Assembly (NCBI GenBank): GCA_964035545.1 | Contig: OZ037765.1 | Location: 11,232,698 to 11,296,697 of the forward strand | Reading direction: 5' to 3' | DNA length: 64,000 nt | From: Bugula neritina | Taxonomy: Eukaryota > Animalia > Bryozoa | In this document: piece after piece, positions 29,720-43,100 of the stretch | Position numbering within the stretch: the stretch's first letter is position 1 | How the letters are laid out: each line of letters opens with the position of its first letter | Made by a program: the position numbers and the translations under genes | The notes under the pieces: generated by a model | Seen by the model: only the letters and a program-made list of their open reading frames with translations | What the model was told of the DNA's origin: nothing | Database searches by the model: none

Positions 29720-29890
29720 CATGTGATATTCCAAAGACCTCTTTCTACCTACTGCGTGAGTTAGATGAACGAAATGGGATTTGATTTTGCGCGACTGTAA
29801 GATCTGATAATTCAGATGAAAAATTCGACTTTAGTTAATGACGCAGCACAGATTGTATTTCCGAATTCACTTTCATTTTGTGTCTACTCA
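29720..29890. promoter_or_regulatory. Inferred bidirectional promoter of RagC/D and RABGEF1
   Basis: CpG cluster (tgcgtg, gcgcga, ttcgac, tgacgc, tccgaa) between divergent genes. Candidate minus-strand donor at 29752. Confidence 0.6.
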
Positions 29891-30600
29891 AAATGAAAAT
29901 AATCATGATATTCAAGTTTATACTTTTTATTTAATTGCAATCATTATCATCAGTTGTGGCTGGAGATTATCATAACTATTTACATTAGGTATAAATATAA
30001 TAATAATAATACAGGTATTATCATAATGATGAAGATAATGAAATCTTAATCACAGCATGAGCAATAATTCAAATTCAAATTGATTTGATTATCCTATCCG
30101 GCTATTACTATTGCTATTAGTATTACTAGTAATTAGTATTAGTATTACACTTACAGTATTAGTATTACTATTAGTAATTCTAATAGTATTACTATTACTA
30201 TTAGTATTAGGCATTAGAAGTAGTAGTAGTACTAGTACAGTACTACTATTACTACTACTACTAGTAGTAGTACTAGTAGTACTAGTAGTACTACTGTACT
30301 AGTACTACTACTTAATCTTATAGTTATAGTTATACACTTACTGTATGACTTTATAAGTATAACTTATAGTTATACTCATACTTATAGTGCTATAGTTATA
30401 GTTATAGCCTATAGGCTATAGGCATAGCTATACTTATTCTTATACTTATAGTTTAAGTTATAGTTAAGTTGAGCTAATACTAATATTAATAGTAATAACT
30501 AATAATAATACTAATAGTTAAATTTAATATTACGGTTATAGTTATACTTGATAAAATATACAATTCCACTATTGTACTATTCAATACTCATTTGCAGTTG
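29890..30600. repeat. Promoter-flanking periodic tract (RABGEF1 side)
   Basis: Long (TAN)n run agtagtagtactagtacagtactactattactact, followed by gttata/cttata hexamers. Confidence 0.9.
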
Positions 30601-30664
30601 CTGTCTGCCACTGTCGCTATTATTGTGACTTGTAGGTATTAACAATAGTATGAAACGATTAGTG

Positions 30665-31230
30665 GGCATCATCCCAGATAGACGCTTCCCAGTTAGACGC
30701 TAAGCCAAATTTCTCACTTAGATGCTTCCCACATGGACGCTTCCCACATAGACGCTTCCCAGTTGGACGATACTTATTTATTTTAGTACAATATATATTT
30801 TACGTGCAATTTATTTGAATATTATTGAAATATATGTATATTTCAATAAACTTGGATTAATTGTTTGTTATCTAGAACCTAAATAAATTCCTGTGATCTG
30901 CATTAACCTATTGATTTTGCATATTCTATACTTCCTGTTGTGTGAAAAAATATTTCGTTAATAAGTATTCATTAAAAATAATGTCTATTATTATTGTATT
31001 ACTGTTTTTTTGCCCCACAAAAATCCGTGAAAAGCTGACTGTTATTCCAGATACTTTATATGAGCGATTATAGCTATTAGCATATTAGCTATTTAGCAAT
31101 CAATACAACAGTTGCATAGGTATATACATTATCATGGTACCAAAATAAAAATTAGTGTCTAAGTGGGAAGCGTCCAAGTGGAAAATTTGGCCTAACGTCT
31201 AATTGGGAAGCGTCTATCTGGTATGACACC
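30665..31230. mobile_element. MITE with long TIRs and tandem sub-terminal repeats (gacgcttccca)
   Basis: ggcatcatcccagatagacgcttccc...gggaagcgtctatctggtatgacacc. The GGTGTC terminus resembles the 9-bp-TSD family. No TSD recognised. Confidence 0.85.
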
Positions 31231-32162
31231 GCTCTTTTGAGTCACACCAAAAATAAGTTACTTTAAAATTCACCTACTATCAAAATATCAAAATCAGTTT
31301 TAGAAATGCTGTCTCGGGTTCTTGCTTAAACATTTGAGTATTCACTATTAACATTTTTCGGTTATTTATATTATGACTGTGAATCTGTCGAAATTAGCAT
31401 AAATATGTATTTAATATTTATAACAATAGTAATTGAGCAAGTAGGGTTTATTAGTATTAATTATGATAAACTAAGATGCTCTAAGCATAACTATTCATAA
31501 CTGTTTTTCTTGGCTTAGCACTTTTCACCTCTAATCAATAAATTATTTACTCTTTTTAGTTGCCTTTATTAAATATTTTCCAATATTAATCATGGCCTTT
31601 GACTTCCATTTTGGCATGAAGCAGTTGCTAGAAATTCACTAGATTTTAATGAATTGACGCTATTGTAAGGCGTGGCTGTAAGACCAATTTGGTGAAGCCG
31701 TTTACGTAAAACTAATTGCAAGTCAAAGCCAACTTCCAGTAGCAAGCCACTGAATTATGGTAGCTTAGAAATTATACTGCGGTTAGTGTTATCGACTTAT
31801 ATCATAGTTAGCTGATAGTTACGTAATACTAGTATACAGTAGTTGCTGAAGCTAACTTGGTCAACAAGGAGTCTGTCTTACACAGCTAGCATAATACCCA
31901 ACGCTTTTGCATTTCCATTTTAATGCTTGAAAGCTACTTACCTGTATTTACCTGTATTCCTTCTCTTCTTGATGTGAAAGAATGGGCTAAGGGGAGAAAG
32001 CCAGGGGCTTTTTAGCCCCAGTAATGCAGCATGCAAATGTATGTCTCATAGAGTTTTACAAACAAGTATTTATGCCAATCCTCTGAAGCAATATCTTTTT
32101 ATACAACAAAGTTGAGTAGCTTGTCACCACTCAAGGTGCATGAAAGGACAAGAGTTATCAAT

Positions 32163-32921
32163 CACCAGCTTTCCATGGATCAATCTCAGCAAGATCGATC
32201 TATGAATGACCACTGTGATGAAAGTCAAAGTTTTGACATCTAAAAAGGTGGCTATCATAATTATTCAGTACTTCACTTAATAACTAACAATGAGTTATCA
32301 TTCTTGTTAATACAGTTTTTTTTTCTACTTCTCGGATAGTTCTGGCGTCTTCCCATGGTCTTATTGACTTGAGATCGATCTGAGTTCGATCTCCACAGAC
32401 CGATCATCTCAAATCGATCTTTGGCGTCTTTCCATGGATCGATCTCAGCAATTAAGAAAACCCAATCACATAAAGTTATAGACAGTAGAAAGTACAAAAA
32501 CGAGAGCATTTAAATTGAATTTAAATGGCTAGTAAAGCTTGCTTCAGTTAGTTATTTGCTGCGTAATTTTAAGTCTAGCAATCCTGTAAGTTTATGAATA
32601 ATCTGCAAGACAGCTATTCATTTTACATAAGCTGTTGAGCTAAAAGATTAAGAGTAATTCTCCTAAATTGGCACTAAAAGCTTTGCTGCCTATAGTTTAC
32701 AACTGCCATTAATTTTCAGACTGCAACAATCTTGTTTTTTGACCTCAGCAGCTTTAATCACTCAGATGGGTGGACAAATTATGCTATTGAAATATCCTTC
32801 ACTTAAAAGGAGACAACTCTGCGAGATTGATCGGACACTTATAGAAAAATGATCGATCTGAGCACATTTCGTAGATCGATCTCAGCGAGATCGATCTGAG
32901 GTGATCCATGGAAAGCCGGTG
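32163..32921. mobile_element. Non-autonomous TIR element rich in gatcgatct repeats (possibly CMC/EnSpm-like)
   Basis: at|caccagctttccatggatca ... tgatccatggaaagccggtg|at. A degenerate inverted relative lies at about 34020-34655. Confidence 0.75.
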
Positions 32922-33343
32922 ATAGTAGGAGTGCTACAAACTGATTCTAATAAAATCACAGAGAACTTCTATTCTTAGGTTCTTGTTACCGTATGAAATG
33001 AAAAGTGCAAGACAAAACTATTCCTAAAGTTACTACAATAATTGTGCCAAACTGTGGTATATCTTCTCTGCAGAGCCCAATGGCCTTGGCATAGCTAGTA
33101 AATGTATAGTGAACATGGCAATCACTCAAACCACTCTTCTATAGCCAAATATTCAGTAGTCAGCACAATGCATATGAGTCACAGCCACAGCCTTCAATAT
33201 TTGTTGACATATTCCAGTCAAACACAAATAGAAAGTTTAATAGAGAAGTTGTTGTTGTGACAGAATAATAAATATTACAAAATCATATACACTATTCCTC
33301 GAATATTTCTGCACCTATCACCTTCCGTGTGTAATCTGAACAG

Positions 33344-33626
33344 GGTGTCCGGTAAAAGTGGCACAGGTAATAATAGCACAGCTAAAAATGATCCAAATGG
33401 AAAAGTAGGTAAAAATGGCACATTTTTAATATTAAAGTTAGGCATGAGGTTTGCATTTGTAGTGGGGGTTCAGGTTTGGGGGGGGTTTCTAATTGGGGTG
33501 AGAAGTTTGGTTTTGGTAAAATGTAACATTATTGTGCCATTTTTACTTACTTTTCCATTTGTACCATTACTACCTGAGTCATTATTGCTGCACTATTTTT
33601 ACCTGTGACTTTTTCACCTTAAAATC
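33344..33626. mobile_element. Fold-back MITE with a 9-bp TSD (Mutator-like), 'aaatggcacaggt' family copy 1
   Basis: tctgaacag|ggtgtccggtaaaa...ccttaaaatc|tctaaacag (TSD 8/9 match). Confidence 0.85.
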
Positions 33627-34091
33627 TCTAAACAGTGATAAGGATTAAATGTTAAGTTAGCTGTTCATTTCAAGCTTTAAAGAGCGTAGATAATTTTTTA
33701 GGGCAATGATTAAGCATCTTTGTTCTATAGATCGTCGTTGGCTAGTCCTAGGTGTTCTGTGGGATTGTTTTTTCATTAGATCATCGGTTTAATCTTCAGT
33801 AGTCGCCTAATTTCATGTAAAGGGTACTTTAATCAACTTGACTAGTATATTTAGCTAGTTTGCGATAAAAGCAAAATGGTTGCTGTTTAGAAAACTACCA
33901 AACTGGTAAGCTGTACACAGCAAAGCTCTAAAAATGTGAACCAATCTGACAAAATGGCCAATTTAAAATAATTACTCTTTTATGTTTAGCTAAATAGTTC
34001 ATGCTAAAGTCAGGTACCAGTATAACTGCAAAATTAATAGCTGTCTAACAGATTATTCATAAACTTGCAGATTTGCTAAGCTTAAAATTAC

Positions 34092-34370
34092 GATTTTAGG
34101 CAAAAATGGCACAGGCAATAGTGCACAGGTAATAATGGCAAAAGTGGAACTCTAGGTAAAAATAGCCCTCTGATGTTAAATTTTTACCAAACCTCAAATG
34201 CCCAGCCTTTAAACTCCTCAAATGCCTAACCTTTAAACTCCAAACTCAAATCCTCAGCCCTAAACCCCTCATTCCAAACCCCCACCCGAAACCCTAGTAT
34301 TGAAAATGTGGCATTTTTACCTGCTTTGCCATTTGTGCCATTATTGCCTGTGCCATTTTTACCGGACACC
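34092..34370. mobile_element. Same family, copy 2, opposite orientation, perfect 9-bp TSD
   Basis: taaaattac|gattttagg...accggacacc|taaaattac. Confidence 0.9.
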
Positions 34371-34819
34371 TAAAATTACGTAGCAAATGATCAATGAAAG
34401 CAAATTGCAATTTGAAACTAAAGTTTTCACTCAGTAACCTCTTAATAGGATGATGAATTGTTGCTGAAAATTAGTGAATACCTGTAAAACATACATAGTG
34501 GTAGTGCTAGTAAATTTATTAATTTCAGCCATATAGGTAGCATCTTGTAATATTTGCCTAGTAGCTTAAAGTAAGCTTACTTTTGTTACCTAGTTAGCAT
34601 AGGAAGCACTCAGATCGATCTTGATATTTTCCATGGCTTTATTGGCTTGAAATTAAACCGAGTAACAGTGCCGTTATGAGACCAATATCAGTTCAATCAC
34701 ATGTCAGTTCAACCAGGAAAAATTGCCAAATTAATCTAAGCTGAGCAGGTGCTAAGCTAACTACAGTAACTACCTCCTTCTTATCTACTTTTCTGATCCG
34801 CATCTTAACGGTCATGCCA

Positions 34820-35120
34820 GCTATGCCCACTCTTTCAAATATTTTGAGAAGTACAGTGCTCCCTTTATATCTCAATAAGCTACGGGTCTATAAATCTAAA
34901 TTTGTAACATATTAGGATACCAGTTTTAACTCCTGAATCCGTAAAATTCGACCATTTTGTCCCTATACACACATACATAAGCTACAAAACGATGGTTCGA
35001 TCCCTTTTCGTCACCTATGAAATTTCTTGAGAAAAGGAACTGTGAGATACAGAGGGAGCACTGCATGCATTCGCTCTCTAGTTTTTAAGGGAATTGAAAA
35101 GCTTAGAGGATCATAGGCTG
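34820..35120. mobile_element. Inverted-repeat element, probable MITE
   Basis: cagtgctccctttatatctca (34854) pairs with tgagatacagagggagcactg (35043). Outer ends are uncertain. Confidence 0.5.
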
Positions 35121-37152
35121 AAACTACTTTGGAAAGAATTTTTCAAGTTTTGTTGCATGCTGCACTGTTTGCATTGAATGAGAACCTGAACTTTTCTGTT
35201 CTTAGAAACCATTTTATCTAAGACAACAGATTTTTCAGCCGGAGAGGATTGTCACTCTATTTTAGAATTTTGAAGTTTTTTCTCTGAATATTTATAATTT
35301 TGGTAGCTTGAATTTTGCTCAAAATTGTTCAGGCATTTTGTAAATTCCACTTTCTTTATGAAAAGAAATTCTTTTTGGAATATATATGACTTGGTCATTT
35401 TGGAGCATAGCCACCTGGGTTTTAATTGTTGGATTTTCTCAAAAATGTTGCTACAATAGTCTGAGGTTCGGCATTACTGGTTTTGAAAGATGTGAAAATT
35501 TGGCAGCATATACGCTGGCAGAAGTTTGGAGGGTATCTGAGAATCGGGCAATATTATTTGTAATGACAGGATTAATAACCCATGTATCGTCCTATTCTAA
35601 TAAACTTTATACTGCATGTGGGTCTCTAGTGTTTGGATCAGCAACAGACTTTAGTGAGATGAAAATTGTCAGCATGTCGGCATACAAATTTAGCAGTTTT
35701 GGAGCTCTTGAATTTTATGAGATACCTGCAGTAAATTATTTCAAGTGATTATCTAGTGCAAATGTGATGTATATATTATTTAGAAGAATTTTGGATACTG
35801 TGTAAATCTCAGCTAATTAGATATGCCAGCTTAGAAACCTTTCGTACTTGACTTCTTGAGCAATCTACTTTGTGTACTTGTGCTCAGCGATGTACAATTT
35901 ACTGTATTAATCTTGAGATTCACTGGTGAGGTGTATATAAAATGGGCCATCACTCATATCCTCAAAAAGAGCATATAAACCATCTAGAATGTGCATACAG
36001 CAGTAATTCAGGCCTGTTAGTCAATTTACTCGCTAATTTCTGAAATATGACATAATTAAAGTACAATGTATGCATCAGTAAGAAAATGAAGAATAGTGGT
36101 TGTGACAGCACAAGTGAAAATGTAATGGATATTGCAAAATTATTTAAATTAGACTTTCAATTCACAAATTTGCCAATAAATTGTTTATTAACGTAGAGAA
36201 GCTCTTAAAGTTTAAATATTTAAGGCATTGTCTTAGGCTACTGCAGCAAAATCATTTATTTAAAGACTAATATAACAAAGCTCTTTCTCATATGATATCA
36301 CTATCGCTTCCCAAAATCCAAATGCCTATGAGATTGTGCTATTGTCCCTATAATTTAGTTGTTTCTGTTTTTTTACATATATATATTTTTTTTTATTTTT
36401 TTATTTATGCTCTATTCTAGTTTAAGTATACAATTCAATATTTTCAGAAGTATCATTATTTTGCTTTCAAATCATTATCAGAAATTTAATTATAACCATC
36501 CTGTAACTTAACCAGAATAATTAATAGATTGCAAGTCATTCTATAACCTAAGTTATCTTCTCTCTTTTAAAGGTGTTGAAACTCCTAATTTATTTCTGCA
36601 TCTTATAATATTCAATTGTAAAAATTATCATCCCCTCTCTTACTTAAATTTATAGCGTGTATGTTGAAATTAATAGCATAATTATTTTCTAGCATTTAGA
36701 CATTAGTCTTTACTTTCTCACTAAAATATTGTCAGACTAAAATCTTTACTGCTTCATGAACCTTGTACTGCAGTTTCAATTTTTGAGCACTTTGAATGTG
36801 AAAGAGCTATAAAATTACATTAGTTTTCTATTTTATTATGCTATTCAAATCAACTTTTTATGTCTTCTCAATGCATAATGCGGTTTTTGTTGTTATACTT
36901 GCTGTTTCAGCTAACAACATTTTTTCACTGTAAAAGACTAAATTGTATCAAAAAAATTTAGGTAAAAGCTCACAAAATGTATTTATTCTACACATTTTTG
37001 ATGTCCTATATAAAAACTTGAAATTATTGCAAACTTTTTTTTTGATAATAAAATAAATTTTTTAGTAAGGTTTCTACTTTAATAATTTATAATCTTCAAT
37101 TAAGTGCTCTTTATGTTTTCTATTTCTAGTTGGGAAAATCCTAAATTGGACT

Positions 37153-40100
37153 ATGAGTAAAAAGCCATCTCGATTCCATGTAGATGAATCAGACTTGTGG
37201 TGCAAGAACCAGTGTGGGTTTTATGGAAATACAGCCTGGAAAGGATACTGTTCAGTATGCTACAAATCTCTAACTAATCGTCAGCAATCTTTATCTCACC
37301 GTGTCCACCAACATGCTTCTGTTGAGAAGGCAGTCAGCCAGCGCCAGGCAACGCCAGAACTTAGTTATTCCAAGTTTGCAGATAAGAGGCGCCAACAGTC
37401 TAAGACCAATCCAGTCAAATCTCTTTTTAAGTCTACTAAAAAAGACAAGTCTGAAGTAGATAAAACCTCTAGCAAAGGTATTTTGGTACTTTGATAATTG
37501 CCAAAAGTTTTGCTTTTCCTCCTAATAATTGTTTTCATATCTTGCATAGGAAGCTATAGTTTTGCTACTTTACTTCTTTAGCTATTTTAATTGTGATGGA
37601 AAGAATGTTGGTAATCTAAAGTCATTAATATTTATGCTGCAGTAAATATAAATACAAAGCAATTTCATGGAACTGATTTAAGAGAAATAATAGAATTTTA
37701 CAACCTTAAACTTCCTCACCACCTTGAACTTGGTAGCTTATCTGAGGACATTATGCCTGGTGGTGAAAATCATATTTTAGAAGGAAGACAATTACTTATA
37801 TCTCAATGATAAATATGGAAGAATACAACACTGGTGTATATTATTATGATTCACCTTTTTGGTGTCCTTGAAAAATGATTAGGAATCATTTCAATTTGTG
37901 TACTTGGCAATTAAACTATCATAGTATCATAATCATCATATAAAGTAACCTTTGCAGCCTCCTAAAGTAGGCATTTCCCCAGATTACAGTTGCAGCTTTC
38001 TAAAGTATAAGGGCGTTAATTGTGGCTTGAAGATAGAAGCAGTTGTCTAGTAAGGATTTCAAATGCATTCTAATTATTTGCTTTTTATGATAGACTAAAC
38101 ATTCTGTTGGCTCAACTGCATATTTTTAAATGATTAACATATTAGCCTTTATTACTCTCCAGATGTGAAAGTAGAAAAGACAACTCTTTATTTAGTAAAG
38201 TATTGTGTCTAGAATTGCATTTTAGAAGTTTGTACAAAGCATTAAAAATTACATTACATGCTATTTTTTATAGGCCATCATTATCTAAAGAGTGAGTTTG
38301 GAGCATTTCTTGAATCACTGAGCCGCCCTATATATGAAGACATTAGTAAAAGAGTGCAAAACTTTCTCAGTAAATTCAAGTTGCTCCCAGTCAACTCTAC
38401 AGTTGAAACTTGGAGCGATGCAGTGCAAGACTTCTACCAGATAATAACTGATCACATCAATGTGGATCCTATTTATCAGAGTAGGTTGTGTATCATGGTT
38501 ATAAAAGAGACTTCCACCTATAATACAAATTCAAATGATTGAAGGCTAAAAGTTTTATATTCAAAATAAAGTCTTGCAATTTGCAACTTTAACTCTAATT
38601 TCGGCCCGTTATTTATACTACTCTTGTTTTAAATGCTACTTGAAAATTTTGAAATCATAATAATATTTGCTCAAACCATAGCATGGTTTTGCTTACTGCC
38701 AGATTTGCGCACATTTCAGAAATTTTTGTCGAAACTATATATTAGGATATAAATTATACAAAAGGTTAATTTGCAAACTTAATTTTTTACATCACTAAAT
38801 TTTCATCTCTCTTATTATAACTGCTCGAACACCAAGTTGTCATTTAGTGAATTTTTTTAAAATAAAACCAATGAAACTAACTAACTACTCAACATTCTAA
38901 AAGAAAGATAAAAGTTGTGCACTGGCCAACATCGTGTAAACACAAATTGTTATGAAATATTTTAATGGCATTCTTTTTGTCTTTTAAGTTTAAAATGCTT
39001 TGGAAAAAGTTTGTCAAATTTATTTCATTTGGCAAGAATTCAACTTCGTTTAGATTCTAATCTCATTAAAACTGCAGTTTTTAAATTCTTTTTAAATTTA
39101 TGCCTAGTGTATAAATAAAGTATAATCTATTGTGTATGAAATATATACTGATTTAATTATTTATCTTTTACTGCTGACAGATCTAGAAGAAGCAGCAGTT
39201 GAGAATCTGCAGGACCAGCTAGAGATGTACCTTATGAATAGACTGTATAACGTTGTGTTTTGCCCTCCGAACTCTAATGATGAACAAGCAGATCTTAGCC
39301 TTCAAAAGAGGTAAACAAATTAATTCCTATTATGTTAACAAAAGGGATTTGTGAGTCAACTGCTGTGAACATTTGTATACCTCTTAGCAACGAGGTCATC
39401 ACCTTAAAAATCAATGTTTAAACTCATTTCAGACCGTCTGGCTTAGCATTGTTTGGCCTGTCTGAATCCAAACAGCTTACTCTGAAATATATTAGGGCCA
39501 TTTACAACTTTGTAAGGAAGAAACACGCAGGAGGGTCATTGTTGTGTTGCTATGAAAAGAAGCCCAAGTTGCGTAGCATTAGTCCACTGCATTAAGATCA
39601 AATCCTGCTAGTTAATCTTGATGTATTTCACCTTTAAAAGGAGGGGGTAATCAGTAAGTTTAATGGCCCTCTTTGGCATCTTTCTAAACCGTCCCTTTGA
39701 ATAAATTTATTCTGGTATAATTTACAATAGCAAAATTTTGTTATATAAACCAGTTTATTGAATTTTGAAAATGTCAATTTTCGAAACAGCATGCTATTGG
39801 AATTATGACTCATCAATGATTCAAATAATGTAACACGCGTCACAACTGGTAATATTTACAGCGTTGTAAATGTCAAACTAGGTTCAAACTAAGCAGCTTT
39901 TAAATACCATTATTGTCAATACCAACTACTAATGTTTATTCATTGTTTTTTATCATGCTGTGCAGAGAAAGTTTGCATAAGTTCATTGTGAATTATGAAT
40001 CAAGTAAAAATTAAAATTTACTGGCACTTTTATTAAATGCTTCTAATTCATTATTTGCTTTTGTTATCATTGAACGTACCTGAATTTTTACAATGCTTAT

Positions 40101-43100
40101 TGGAGAATAAACATGACTTTCTGAGTATAATGTAGTGTTGATGATCGGTTTGTTTGGAGGAAAAAGTGCTTCACAATTGTATTGGTAAAGTTGCATAATT
40201 GTGATTCTTATGTCGACCTTTTTACCTAGGTGGCATTTTGAAGACACATTTTACATTTCTTTTAACAATACGTGAACTTCCACTAGCCATAGAAAAGTTT
40301 TATGTAAAAACCATTAGGCTATGGCCACATGACTAGGATTTTCTGCATGAGGGTCCAAATTTTTGAAAATCGGCTCCAGGAAATTTATCAGCCAATGATT
40401 TTGGATTTTAAATTTACTGCCCACCTAGGTCATCGGCAGAGAGGAAATGCAAGCTATATGAAACTGTTTTAATTCAATCCGCCAAAAATTTTAATTGAAA
40501 TTCAAAAATCATGCTCCCTAATGGAAACCAGTCAATTAAATCAAACCTGCAAGAGCTTCCTGCAGTCTCAGCATGTTATCAGCATGAAAATCCGCCCACA
40601 ACAGCCCATTTTTAGGTTAGAAGGGTTTCCGAAGGTAGTCCTAGTTGGGAATCCCAGTCGTGTAGCCCTAGCCTAAATATTGTTTAGCTTTGGTTCTCTG
40701 CTGTTATAGGTCGATTGCAGGAATCAAGTGATGGATCAGACTAAAAAGAATGTTTGTGATCAATTTAATATACTTTATTCCTATACATTCAAGATTTATA
40801 TATGCAGTTGACAGAAACTGGTTGGCAATTTTAAACAATTAGTTCAAATTAAAAAGATTAAGTTGATGGTTCCAACTATAAATATCTGAAACCGATGTTT
40901 ATCTATAAAAAATAATATGAATGGTTGACTGCCAAATTATAATAGCCAATGGATCTCTATAATATGTTTCAACCTATATTTAATTGCTGAAATAACTTGA
41001 AGAGCAAGCCTACTGAATCAAAGAATTTCAAGTACGCAAGTCAGGGTGACTTGGATTTTGCTCTGGAATTATATGAACACTTTTCAAGACATTTCACATG
41101 AAAAATGTTTCAATATTTTTCTGTTTAAAGTACAATAAGTTTTATATTTTAGTGTATTAATGCCTAAAAAACAACAAATGTTAAACGGATAGCATTAAGA
41201 GTAATACTTGTGTAGCGACTTAATTAACACAGTTGGCAGAATTCCCTTGGCTTCCAAGCAAGTATTATTGATTTAATGGAATATACTTTTGGCAAAAATA
41301 GAACATTTTTCCAACCTAAATTTGCATTAATTTTGTTTTTTTGATATTTTGCTTACTCACTAGTTTTTTCAGTCCTTCAACTAGACATTTTAAGAAATTT
41401 TTATAATATGATTTTAATGAGTGGTAATGAAAAGCTCATTATGGAAATTCCTAATCAGCATTAAAAATACTCCTGGTAAATTAACAGTGCTTTTTGCAGA
41501 ACTAACATTTTATTAGCCTAAGTTTTTTAAATTTTAAGAATTTTTTTTTGGTTTTTTGAGATTATGACTTCTTTTGCAGCATTTCTAATCAAAAGCACAT
41601 GATTTTCTCAATTTCTCTTTTACTGCAGATTTGCGCCTCCCTCCCTGGCTATTTGTGAAATCAAAACATTAATGCTTATTTGTAGCCCTAGGCAACAGTT
41701 GCTAAAGAGCTGGGGAAATAAATAAATTTGTAGCCCTGTTTATGTTTTAAATATACTTATATATTTGTTGTTATAATAGTCTCTACAATCATTTTCTTTA
41801 TCATACTATAGTTCATCCTTCTAATCCTAAACCTATCCAGTAGCATTGGCTTAACTTGGGTCTTTCTGACTTGAATAAATACACTGAATTAAAATTAGTT
41901 ATATTTCAATGCCTGGAACTTTGACCGGCTTAGTCTACTGACCCAGTCAAAACAAGCTTGACCAGGTAAATTGCACACCTAATAGGTTTGTTTTGCTCAG
42001 AAAACTTTTGAAAATTCTCGAGACTTTAGTTTTTATAAGTTAAGTTATAATTGGAAATTAACTAATGCTACAATCTTTCCATTATTATTATTTTTCGATT
42101 CATTTGTTTCTAATAAATATTTTTTTTATCCTCAAAGAAGTTGCATAGAAAGTTTAAAACTGAATGTCAAATTTACAGGAAAATTAGTTCAACATTCGAT
42201 AAAAATAAGTAAAAGTAAACTTCATTGATGTATCCAAAATTGTGATATAAAATTAAAGTTCAATTATTAGAGGTCAACTACAGCTACCTTTTATAATAGT
42301 ATTATTTTGCATGAAATTGATTTTCAAACACTGCCAAAGTTTATGACTATTGCAATACGTCATAGAAGCTAGACTAGACTGGTTCCTCAGGTTATTTGTA
42401 TAAAATCATTATATAACCAGCTGCCCGTTCCAGCCAATCCAATTATAATCATATTTAAATTAATAATAGCGTGCTGTTTACGTGGCAACCAAACGGCTAT
42501 TACATAATGATGTTTATACAATCTGATGTTGTTTGTGGGAAAAATCCTCTTTTAGAATAGCGCTCCCGTTACGTAACTATAAATATGTACTACTAAGCTG
42601 AGTGATAAATTGTGTGCGTTGCTGTGATGCTTTTAAATCTATTTTGTTAGCTGAGGCTGGTCAATAACCTGCAAGATTGTATAGTTTCCAATCTATGATG
42701 TCTCCTTGAGGCTTGATGTTGTTTACAGCTTACAATTGTCTGATGTGTCATGCTAATGACCCAGCTGTCTCCCCTACCAGCTTTCCATCTGTTTACCGTC
42801 TTGAAATCTTGTTTACTACTACCGTCAAGTCTAGCCTCTTTACATGGCATATTATTATCCCGGTGATGCTTCTTATATGCTATTATACATTTTCTGTAGA
42901 ATTAGAAGCCTGCACTGGGTTACCATACAGCAACTGGAAGCTAATGTCAACGACCAGGATATTGGTGTGAGGATTGCGCTTGACAAATCTATAGCAGGTT
43001 GTACTTCAACACCCATCAGCTCAAAATACAATTTTAACTTATGCCACTGCTCACTATGTAAACTCGTTGTCTGGTGCTGCAAAAACTCTCATCATGCCTT

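Noticed and set aside
30111-30302. Hydrophobic Leu/Val membrane-peptide ORF
   Set aside because: Reading-frame artefact of the (TAN)n tract.
35386-35748. 120-aa ORF in the RABGEF1 5' region
   Set aside because: No recognisable domain or supporting exon chain.
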